A stretch of 64,000 nt of DNA from Eledone cirrhosa. Its lineage: Eukaryota. The notes under the pieces were generated by a model. The model did no database searches. It was not told where the DNA came from and saw nothing but the letters and a program-made list of their open reading frames with translations. Within the stretch, counting starts at the first letter, position 1. Each line of letters begins with the position of its first letter. Shown piece after piece: positions 1-10,573 of this stretch. The translations under genes and the position numbers were made by a program. The stretch is from NCBI GenBank assembly GCA_964016885.1, contig OZ024743.1, positions 327,112,001-327,176,000 of the forward strand. The letters run 5' to 3'.

Positions 1-2730
1 TCTCACTGCCATGCAACATTGCTGTTCGTATGCAGGCATCATACAGCCTGCCTTTCATTTTTAGGGAGAACCCTTTAGCGGCTAATAGTGGTATAAGCTC
101 TCTGAACTTTTTCCATCCAGTTCTGACTCTAGCTACTGTACTTTCAGAGCACCCTCCCCCACTGCTGATTTTGTCACCCAGGTAACGGAAGCTGTCCACT
201 ATTTCTATAGAACCATCTGTGCAATGGAATGAGCTAGTATTCTGTGGCACTTGCTGCTATTTATTGCACCAGAGGACCGGCCACAGATAAAATCTATGTT
301 CTTAGTTAGCTTACCTGTGATCCCACTACATCTTTTATGCACCCATACTTTGCATTTGGGACATAAAATGGAGTTTCTACCTACTCCTTGCCTACACACT
401 GAGCATGGCCATTTCCCGGTTGGGACCGGCGCCCTATTTTCCTTCCTACAAACTAGAACTTTAGGCTTAGACAGGTTAATTTTAAGCCCTTTTGATTCTA
501 GGCCATGCTTCCATGTTTGGAATTTCTTCTCTAGTTCGGCCATTGATTCAGCTATGAGCGTTAGATCATCTGCGTATAGGAGTTCCCATGGGCAGCCGGT
601 CTTGAACTCTACTGTTATAGCCTGAAGGGCAATAATAAATAGTAGGGGGCTAAGAACGGAGCCCTGATGAACACCAACTTTTACGCTAAACTCTTCACTG
701 TATTCGTTGTTAATTCTAACCTTGCTGACTGTTTCTTTATACATGGCTTGTATAGCTCTCACAAGCCATTCATCAACACCTAGTTTTCTAAGAGCCCACC
801 AGATAATGGAACGGGGGACTCTGTCGAAGGCTTTCTCCAAGTCGACAAAAGCTAAGTATAGGGGTTTACTTTTAGCTAGGTACTTCTCCTGTAGTTGTCG
901 TACAATGAAAAGAGCGTCTGTGGTACTTTTACCTGACACAAACCCGAACTGCATTTCATCTAGATCAATTCTCTCTCTGATTAGTTGCGCTATTACTTTT
1001 TCTGTGACCTTCATGACGTGGTCGATTAATTTAATGCCTCTATAGTTACTCCTATCTAGGGCATCTCCTTTACCCTTGTAGCAGTTAATGATGATGCTGC
1101 TACGCCAGTACTTCGGAACAACCCCATTCTGTATGACTTGGTTTACTATCCGGGTGACCATGGTGTGTCCCACCGTTCCAGAAGCTTTCAGCATTTCAGC
1201 AACTATTTCCGAAGGCCCAGCCGCCTTACCCGTCTTCATATCTTTGATCGCCTTACTTATTATACTACCTTCGACTAACACTGCTGGTCCCTCTATTGGG
1301 TCTATGTGGGGGAGACTGTCTTTCTCCCATTTATTCTCCTCATTTAGTAGCCTTTCGTAGTGACACTTCCAAGCTACCTTTTTTATCAGCGTCAGTGATG
1401 GCAAGTACACCATCATCATTAAGGACACACTTCTCCCCGACAATATCACGGTTTTCCTTGACATATTGCTTAGCAATCCTGAACACCTCACGTTTTTGGT
1501 CCTCACGTTCAACTTTCTTTCCTCTGCTTCCCTTCTTGCGAAGTACACTTGTCTCCTAACTTCCCTCCTGGCCACTTGATAGTCTTCTCTACTTCCCCCA
1601 ACCCGCCATACTTTCCAAGCCTCCTTTTTGGCTTTAATTGACTCCTCCACCTTACTGATCCACCACCATGTTACTCACCTCCTGCCTATAGGCCTGCTCC
1701 AGCCACAGACTTCGTCTGCCGCCATCAGCAGGTTTGCTTTCAGGAATTCCCACTGTTCCTCTATATTGTACGATTCTAAATGCTCTTCCTTACTGTCGAA
1801 AGCATCAAGTAATATGCTTTTAAATTTATTTCTGGCTGTGGGGTCCTTTAGCTTCCATATTTTTCTCCTGAGGATAGTCCTCTTCTGCTGTCGAGTACGT
1901 CTCGTCCTGACTATGAGGTCGCTAATTATCAGTCTATATTGGGCGGTGCATTCTTCGTGGGGGAGGGATTTAGTGTTTACAACAGACACTCTGTCACGTC
2001 TTCTGGTAAGGATATAATCTACCTGGCTGGTATGTTCCCCTGATCTGTAGGTGATCAAGTGATTGTCTCGTTTTTTGAAGTTAGTGTTACAGATAGTTAG
2101 GTTATTTGCGTCACAGAATTCCAGGATTCTGGAGCCTTCCTCATTTCTAGTACCAAACCCATAGCCTCCGTGGATTCCGTCGTAGCCGTCACAATGTTGT
2201 CCAACGTGACCATTTAGGTTGCCAGCAATAATTATATAGTCACTGTCGGTTATTTGGGAGGTAGTGAGCATCAGTGTCTCATAGAATCTGTCTTTTATAG
2301 CGCCAGGCAGTCCGGATTGGGGCGCGTACGCAGATATTACTGTCACATTAGTTCTATTTAGAACAAGTCTTATTTTAATTATTCTGTCATTCACTCTATT
2401 TATGTCTATTATTTTATCCACCCATTTTTCTGCTAACACGATTCCTACCCCACCCAGCCCATTGTCATTTCCCACCCAGAAAAGCTTATAGCATCGTTTT
2501 TTACCCACAATGAATCTAGCAGACCCGCCCCTCCACCTGGTCTCTTGGATACAGCAAACATCAACCTCCTTACGTTCAAGCATTTCTACAACCTCGTTAG
2601 AGAGGCCTTTTAAGGTGCCTACATTCATGGTACCAACTCTGAAGTTTGGGATTGCGTTTGGTGGGTGGGGCGCAGGGAGGGGTGAGGGGGATGGGGTTGG
2701 GGTTATGTTGGCCATCCGCGGCCGCAACAA
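1..2730 (-). pseudogene. Disabled EN-RT ORF of RTE family A
   Basis: EN motifs GTMNVGTL, CIQETRW, SAYAPQ, SQVDYIL. In-frame TGA at 1675-1677 (AGA in the copy near 4100). GDFN reads GNLN and the QH motif reads QY. Frameshifts near 1380-1515 and near 250. Confidence 0.9.
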
Positions 2731-2959
2731 AGAGGAGGGGGTCTTGCCCTTTTATCCGGCAGCATGAGGTGAATTTGTCGTTATCTTTGGCATTGTCTTC
2801 GAGTGTCCAGATTCTTCAGACTCTCCAGAAATTCCTTAGTCCATCCATCATATCGAAAAGCAACCAGAAGTGATAGCATAGGCCGTTGACTTGTGTTGGT
2901 CCAAATAATAAAGGTGGAGAGTGTGGGGCGGGCGGGAGGGGTATGGGGTAGTTAGCGAA

Positions 2960-3526
2960 GAGAAGATTATTTAGAACAAGCGTGGAGAAGATTATTTAGA
3001 ACAGTCAGACAGAATTATAGAATAGCAATTAAGAAGTAGGATTTGGATTCTGGGCGATTATAGATATATGGATGAATGAACCAAAGGGTGGGGAGACAAG
3101 AAGAAAATGTTATTTTTACATTACATTTCGTAGAAGTGGACTGACCATTAATAAGAGTTGACAAATTCTGAGATTCGTCCCTTGTAACAGGTTTATTTAT
3201 ATTTGGTGCGAGTAGGGAGTGAGAGAGAGAGAGAGAAAGAGAGATAGAAATAGAGAGGGACGTATATGATAGAGAGACAGGCACGTATATGATAGAGAGA
3301 GGGGGGGTGATAGCAATTTTGAGGGCCGAGAGAAGCCATTTTTATGAATCCTGGGAAAATTTTTGGCCAAAATGGTAGCGAGAAGATTATTTAGAACAAG
3401 CGTGGAGAAGATTATTTAGAACAGTCAGACAGAATTATAGAACAGCAATTAAGAAGTAGGATTTGGATTCTGGGCGATTATAGATATATGGATGAATGAA
3501 CCGAAGGGTGGGAAGACAAGAAGAAA
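2960..3526. repeat. 147-bp direct repeat (2960-3106 and 3380-3526) in the LINE 5' UTR
   Basis: Two copies offset by 420 bp with 3 visible mismatches. Each contains an internal GAGAAGATTATTTAGAACA duplication. Confidence 0.9.
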
Positions 3527-3650
3527 GTGTATATATATATATATATATATATATAAGTGTATATATATATATATATATAAGTGTATATATATAAATATAT
3601 ATAAGTGTATATATATATATAAATATATATATAAGTGTATATATATATAT
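3527..3650. repeat. (TA)n-rich microsatellite; similar tracts at about 6003-6075, 6411-6516, 8078-8170, 8523-8612, 8845-9102, 13280-13455, 16670-16857, 47820-47872, 61670-61815
   Basis: Direct reading of TA/TG/CA dinucleotide runs. Confidence 0.97.
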
Positions 3651-4041
3651 CATCATCAACATCGTTTAACGTCCATCTTCCACGCTTGGACGGGAGTTTT
3701 CCCACTTGAGGCAAGAGTGGTTGTCCTGCTCGTATAGGACTGTCTGGCGGGTTTTCTACGGCTGGATGCCCTTCCTAACACCAACCACATTAACAGTGTG
3801 GACTGGGAGGTTTTTACCGTGTTACCTACACGGCCACATTACAGCGTGGACTGTGTGTTTTTTTGTCGTGACACCTACACGACCTCATTTGTTTCGGACT
3901 GGATGTTGTGGTACCAACATAACTTTACATTGAAAGGGGCGGTGTGGATGGGGTGGGGGTGGTGGGACGCGGGTGTATTTTGTTAGAGGTGCCTATTGAC
4001 TGTAGGTTTCGCTTTGCACTTAGGCAATGCGGGTCTTCTGT
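3651..4041 (-). mobile_element. RTE family A 3' UTR and (GAT)n tail
   Basis: Matches 13456-13860. Carries the GGATGCCCTTCCTAACACCAACC motif and a CGTTAAACGATG tail. Confidence 0.9.
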
Positions 4042-4051
4042 AGGCGACAGA

Positions 4052-5240
4052 AGGCGACAGATGAAACCTGTGGCTGGAGCAGACCTATAGGCAGGAGGAG
4101 AGTAACTTGGTGGTGGAACAGTCAATCAAGGCCAAAAAGCAGGCTTGGAAAGCATGGCGTGATGGGGAAAGTAGAGAAGACTATCAAGTGGCCAGGAGGG
4201 AAGCTAGGAGACAAGTGTACTTCGCAAGAAGGGAAGCAGAGGAAAGAAAGTTCAAGCATGTTCTACAACGCGAGGACCAAAAACGTGAGGTGTTCAGGAT
4301 TGCTAGGCAATGTGTCATGGAAAACAGTGATATTGTCGGGGAGAAGTGTGTCCTTAATGATGATGGTGTACTTGCCATCACTGATGCTGATAAGAAGGTA
4401 GCTTGGAAGTGTCACTACGAAAGGCTACTAAATGAGGAGAATAATTGGGAGAAAGACAGTCTCCCCCACATCGACCCAATAGAGGGATCAGCAGTGCAAG
4501 TTGAAGGTAGTATAATAAGTAAGGCGATCAAAGACATGAAGACGGGTAAGGCGGCCGGGCCTTCCAAAATAGTTGCCGAAATGCTGAAAGCATCTGGAAC
4601 AGTGGGACACACTATGGTCACTCGGATAGTAAACCAAGTCATACAGAATGGGGTCGTTCCGAAGGACTGGTGCAGCAACATCATCATTAACTGCTACAAG
4701 GGTAAAGGTGATGCCCTAGATAGGGGAAACTATAGAGGCATTAAATTAATTGACCAGGTCATGAAGGTCACAGAAAAAGTAATAGCGCAACTAATCAGAG
4801 AGCAAATTGATCTAGACGAAATGCAGTTTGGGTTTGTGTCAGGTAAAAGTACAACAGACGCTCTCTTCATTGTACGACAACTACAGGAGAAGTACCTAGC
4901 TAAAAGTAAACCCCTATACTTAGCCTTTGTTGACTTGGAGAAAGCCTTTGACAGAGTACCCCGCTCGATTATCTGGTGGGCCCTTAGAAAACTAGGTGTT
5001 GATGAATGGTTTATGAGAGCTATACAAGCCATGTATAAAGAAACAGTCAGCAAGTAAACAGTCACCAAGTAAACATTAACAACGAATATAGTGAAGAGTT
5101 TAGGGTAAAAGTTGGTGTTCATCAGGGCTGTCCTTAGCCCCCTACTATTTATTATTGCACTTCAGGCTATAACAGAAGAGTTCAAGACCGGCTTCCCATG
5201 GGAACTCCTATACGCAGATGATCTAACGCTCATAGCTGAA
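4052..5240 (+). mobile_element. RTE family A internal fragment (EN-RT linker to YADD), inverted relative to the adjacent 3' end
   Basis: ORF 4107-5057 is RT. A small tandem duplication near 5040-5075 breaks the frame. The fragment ends just after YADDLTLIAES. Confidence 0.9.
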
Positions 5241-5999
5241 TCACTTTTGTCTTCATAAAAACAGTCACTATATTTCCATTATTTATTTTCAGAATAATTC
5301 ATTTTGAATAATTTTGAACCTCCAAATTTGTGGAAGAGACCCGGAGTTGTTCTTGGAATCCGCGCCGGGAGGACAAATAAGACCAGAAGATCAACTCCCA
5401 GAACAACAGGTGGCTCGCTGTCTCATCCAAAGACGTGCCCAGAGTCATGCAGACAAAGTTTCCAGCAACAACATTGGTCTTAGGTGTCGTCAGCAGTCAA
5501 GGTGACGTCATGCCACCTCACTTCTTCCCTGAGGGCCTCAAGCTGAACACCGATGGCTACATCCATGTTCTGAGCGAGGTAGTAAAGCCCTGGATCGAAA
5601 GACCCAAGCCTGGCTGTCAGAGAACTTCGTCGATCACACTTCATCTGACATCTGGCCTCCCAGCTCGCCTGACTGCAATCACCTCGACTTCTTTGTGTGG
5701 GGCGCAGTGGAACGAGACACCAACAGATCTAGCTGCAATACGAAAGGCGATCTGAAGGCCAGGATCACAAGTGCCTTTAGGGGGGGGCCTAAGTCGGGGG
5801 ACATTGACGAAGGCCTGTAGCCGGTTCCGAGGCCGCCTTGAGGCCGTCATCAAAGCCAATAGCAGGTTTATCGAGTGAGATCGAAAGAACAAGTCATGAA
5901 GACAAACTGACCCAACTTTGATAAATAAATCTTAAAAAATAAAACTACTGTGTTATTTTTTCCTAGACAGTAATCTTATGAACAAATATCGTCCGCACC

Positions 6000-6002
<3 letters not shown>
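5241..6002 (+). mobile_element. Internally deleted Tc1/mariner transposon, maT (DD37D)-like
   Basis: Peptides INSQNNRWLA, VLGVVSSQGDVMPPHFF, WPPSSPDCNHLDFFVWG, ACSRFRGRLEAVIKAN. The 3' terminus ...GTCCGCACCCTG is followed by TA. Confidence 0.8.
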
Positions 6003-6044
<42 letters not shown>

Positions 6045-6075
6045 CGTGTGTGTGTATATATACATATATATATAT

Positions 6076-6410
6076 GAAGGCACATGGCTTAGGGGTTAGA
6101 GCATTGGCCTTGCAATCGAAAGGTTGTGAGTTCAATTCTCAGACCGGGTGATGTGTTGTTTCCTGGAGCAAGACACTTTATTTCACATTGCTCCAGTTTA
6201 CTCAGCTGTAGAAATGAGATGATAGGGACTAGGGTCCCTATCATTCCACTGCAAAGTGCTCGTGGAGGTGCCACGGCAAAAAAGCACCCAGCACTCACTG
6301 TAAATGAGGTTGGTGTTAGGAAGGGCATCCAGCTGTAGAAATCAAGCCAGAATCAGTTCCCGTCCCACCCTTGCAAGCAGGGAAAAGCAGACGTAAAATG
6401 ATGATGATGA
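6076..6410 (+). mobile_element. tRNA-derived SINE with CORE/V-like centre and RTE-derived tail
   Basis: A box (TGGCTTAGGGG), B box (GAGTTCAATTC), central TCCTGGAGCAAGACACTT, then GTTAGGAAGGGCATCCAGC shared with the RTE 3' UTR and a (GAT)n tail. Confidence 0.85.
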
Positions 6411-6516
6411 TATATATATGTGTGTGTATATATGTGTGTATATATGTGTATATATATATATATATATATAAATAAGTGTGTATATATATATATGTGTGTA
6501 TATATATATATGTGTA

Positions 6517-8075
6517 TCTAGGTGTAGATGAATGGCTTGTGAGGACTATACAAGCTATGTATAATGAAACAGTCAGTAAGGTTAGAATTAACAATGAATA
6601 TTGTGAAGAATTTAGTGTAAAAGTTGGCGTTCATCAAGGCTCTGTCCTTAGCCCCCTCTTATTTATTATTGCCCTTCAGGCTATAACAGAGGAGTTCAAG
6701 ACCGGCTGCCCATGGGAACTCCTATACGCAGATGATCTAACGCTCATAGCTGAATCAATGGCTGAACTAGAAAAGAAATTCCAAACATGGAAGCATGGTC
6801 TAGAATCAAAAGGCCTTAAAGTTAACTTGTCTAAGAATAAAGTCCTAGTTTGTAGAAAGGAAAATAAGGCACAGGTACCCTCAGGGAAATGGCCATGCTC
6901 TGTGTGTAGGAAAGGAATAGGCAGAAATTCAATTTTATCTCCCAAATGCAAAGTATGGGTACATAAAAGATGTAGTGGGATCACAGGTAAACTATCTAAG
7001 AACGTAGACTTTATATGTGGCCGATGCTCAGGTGCAATAGGTAGCAAGTGTCCACAGGATACTAGCCACTTCTGTTGCCCAGATGGTTCTATAGAAATAG
7101 TAGACACTTTCTGTTACCTGGGTGACGAAATCAGCAGTGGTGGAGGGTGTTCTGAAAGTACAGTAGCCAGAGTCAGAACGGGATGGAAAAAGTTCAGTGA
7201 GCTTATACCGCTGTTGGCCACAAAAGGTTTCTCTCTAAAAATGAAAGGCAGATTGTATGATGCTTGTATACGAACAGCAATGCTACATGGTAGTGAGACA
7301 TGGGCATTGCGTGCAGAGGACCTGCGTAGACTGAAAAGGAACAAAGCATGCATGCTCCGTTGGATGTGTAATTGTAATATACTTGAATGGCAAAGCATAA
7401 ATGAACTAAGTGAGAAATTAGGAATAACAGGGATTAGATGCTGTTTACTCAAGAGAAGACTACGTTGGTATGGCCACATGATGCGCATGAAAGACGACAG
7501 CTGTATAAATTGATGGTAGTTATGGAGTAGGTAGACCCAGAAAAACCTGGGTCGATCTGATAAATTCCAACCTTACACACTTGCACCTCTCTAAGACAAT
7601 GTCACTGGACCGAGATCTTTGGCGCTACCCAGTAATACAGAAGACCGGCCTTCCTATGTACAAAGCGAAACCTACAGTCAGTAGGCACCTCTTAACCAAA
7701 TATACACCCCAATCCACTACCACTACCCTCCCACTCCCACCAACACCACCCCCTCTCTATAAAGTTGGTACCACAACATCCAGTCCAAATAAATGAGATA
7801 ATGAGATCGAGATCGAGATCGTGTAGGTGTCACGAGAAAAAAAAACACACAGTCCACGCTGTAATGTGGCCGTGTAGGTAACACGGTAAAAAGTTCCCAG
7901 TTCCACACTGTAAATGTGGTTGGTGTTAGGAAGGGCATCCAGCCGTAGAAAACCTGCCAAATAGTCCTATATGAGCGAGACACGGTCACCCGACCAACCT
8001 TGCCTCAAGTGGAACAACTCCCATCTAACCCATGCTAGCGTGGAAAATGGACGTTAAACGAGGATGATGATGATG

Positions 8076-8077
<2 letters not shown>
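6517..8077 (+). mobile_element. 5'-truncated RTE family A copy with 3' UTR and tail
   Basis: ORF 6476-7513 from LGVDEWLV through YADD, the PHD-like finger and RRLRWYGH. (GAT)n tail. Microsatellite on both sides. Confidence 0.92.
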
Positions 8078-8120
<43 letters not shown>

Positions 8121-8170
8121 TGTGTGTATATATATATATCAATATATGTGTGTATATATATATATACATA

Positions 8171-8522
8171 TCATCATCATCATCATCATCATCATTTTGT
8201 GTCTGCTTTTCCCTGCTTGCAAGGGTGGGACGGGAACTGATTCTGGTTTGATTTCTACAGCTGGATGCCCTTCCTAACACCAACCTCATTTACAGTGAGG
8301 TGAGTGCTGGATGCTTTTTTGCCGTGGCACCTACACGTCCACTTTACAGTGGAATGATAGGGACCCCAGTCCCTATCATCTCATTTTTACAGCTGAGTAA
8401 ACTGGAGCAATGTGAAATAAAGTGTCTTGCTCAAGGAAACAACACATCACCCGGTCCGAGAATTGAACTCACAACCTTTTGATTGCAAGGCCAATGCTCT
8501 AACCACTAAGCCATGCGCCTTC
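8171..8522 (-). mobile_element. Same SINE family as 6076-6410
   Basis: Reverse-complement match over head, centre and tail. Confidence 0.85.
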
Positions 8523-8877
8523 ATATATATATATGTGTGTGTGTATATATATACATGTGTATATATATATATGTGTATATATATATGTGTATATATATAT
8601 GTGTATATATATATCATCATCATCATCATCATCATCGTTTAACGTCCATGTTCCACGCTTGCATGGTATATATATGGAATAGAATGAAACGAAATTTCAT
8701 TTCTCACTCTTAGTACTGCACTTACTTTAAAAAAAAAAAAGGTGACGTGGTTGTCTAAACAATGTACGGCGTAATTCGGGCTGTTTGTTTGTTTACAAAC
8801 AAACAAACAGAGCATTATAATAAATGTTCGGTAAACCGATACGTGCATATATATATGTGTGCATGTATGTATATATA

Positions 8878-8908
<31 letters not shown>

Positions 8909-8959
8909 GTGTGCATGTATGTATATATATATATGTGTATATATATATGTGTGTATATA

Positions 8960-8993
<34 letters not shown>

Positions 8994-9102
8994 CATGTGT
9001 ATATATATATGTGTGCATATATATATATATCCATGTGTACATATATATATATATACATGTGTACATATATATATACATGTGTATATATATATATATATAT
9101 AT

Positions 9103-10242
9103 ACAAACAAGGCGGCGGTCCCTTCTGGGAAATGGTCGTGCTCGGTGTGTAGGAAAGGCGTAGGTAGAAACTCCATTTTATGTCCTAAATGCAAAGTATG
9201 GGTGCATAAAAGATGTAGTGGGATCACAGGTAAGCTAACTCAGAACATAGATTTTACATGTGGCCGGTGTTCTGGTGCAATAAGTAGCAGCAAGTGCCCA
9301 CAAAATACTAGCTCTTTCAATTGCGCAGAGGGTTCTATAGAAATAGTGGACAGCTTCCGTTACCTGGGCGATAAAATCAGCAGTGGGGGAGGGTGCTCTG
9401 AAAGTACTGTAGCTAGAGTCAGAACTGGTTGGAAAAAGTTCAGAGAGCTTATACCACTATTAGCTGCTAAAGGGTTCTCCCTAAAAATGAAAGGCAGGTT
9501 GTACGATGCCTGCATACGAACAGCAATGTTGCATGGCAGTGAGACCTGGGCATTGTGTGCAGAGGATATACGCAGACTATAGAGGAACGAAGCTTGCATG
9601 CTCCGCTGGATGTGTAACAGTAATATACGTGAACGGCAAAGCATAAACGAACTAAGGAAAAAATTAGAGATAAGAGGGATCAGATGTTGTTTACTCGAGA
9701 GAAGGCTACGTTGGTATGGACACGTGATGCGCATGAAAGTCGATAGCTGTATAACAAAGTGCAGGGCAATAAAGATAGACGGTAGCCACGGAATAGGCAG
9801 ACCTAGAAAAACCTGGGACGAGCTGATAAACTCCGACCTCACACACTTACACCTCTCCAAGACAATGTCACTGGACCGAGACCTTTGGCGGTACTCAGTA
9901 ACAGAGAAGACCCGCCTTGCCAGTAGGCATCTCTAACAAAATACACCCCGTCCCGCCACCACCCCCACCCCATCCACACCACCCCGTTCTATGTAAAGTT
10001 ATGTTGGTGCCGCGCCATCCAGGCCGAAACAAATGAGATCGTGTAGGTGTCACGACAAAAAAACACACAGTCCACGCTGTAATGTGGCCGTGTAGGCAAC
10101 ACGGTAAAAACCTCCCAGACCCACACTGTAAATGTGGTTGGTGTTAGGAAGGGCATCCAACTGTAGAAAACCTGCCAGACAGTCCTATGCGAGCAAGACA
10201 ATCACTCTTGCCTCAAGTGGGACTACCCCCGTCCAAACCCAT
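9103..10242 (+). mobile_element. 5'-truncated RTE family A copy lacking the extreme tail
   Basis: ORFs 8824-9582 and 9598-9936 are separated by one in-frame stop. Nearly identical to the reverse complement of about 14475-15640. Confidence 0.92.
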
Positions 10243-10247
10243 ATAGT

Positions 10248-10573
10248 GGAGGCACATGGCTTAGTGGTTCGAGCATTGGCCTTGCAATCGGAAGGTGGTG
10301 AGTTCAATTCTCAGACCGGGTGATGTGTTGTTTCCTTGAGCAAAACACTTTATTTCACATTGCTCCAGTTTACTCAGCTGTAGAAATGAGATGATAGGGA
10401 CCACAGTCCCTATCATCTCATTTCTACAGTCCCTATCATTTCATTGCAAAGTGGTCGTGGAGGTGCCACGGCAAAAAAGCACACACCACTCACTGTAAAT
10501 GAGGTTGGTGTTAGGAAGGGCATCCAGTTGTAGAAATCAAGCCAGAATCAGTTCCCGTCCCACCCTTGCAAGC
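10248..10573 (+). mobile_element. Same SINE family, 3' end cut by the next element
   Basis: Head, centre and most of the tail match 6076-6410. Confidence 0.85.

Larger units (their letters stand above)
1..3526 (-). mobile_element. RTE-clade LINE (family A), 5'-complete copy running off the left edge of the window
   Basis: Long 5' UTR, APE endonuclease and RT (FVDLEKAFDRV, GVHQGSVLSP, YADD). The 5' end abuts (TA)n at 3527. Confidence 0.93.

Noticed and set aside
205-1650. 481-aa ORF as an intact RT gene
   Set aside because: It contains an out-of-frame stretch (LNVRTKNVRC...LTLI) between compensating indels, an upstream in-frame stop and a frameshifted end.
6076-6150. tRNA genes (also 8450-8522, 10248-10320, 21975-22045, 53330-53400)
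   Set aside because: A/B boxes are present but there is no proper cloverleaf, and each continues into a SINE body.
8447-9227. Many Y/I/H/T/C/V-rich ORFs (also at 3.4, 8.0, 13.3, 47.7, 61.1-61.8 kb)
   Set aside because: Translations of (TA)n/(CA)n microsatellites that lack stop codons; not genes.
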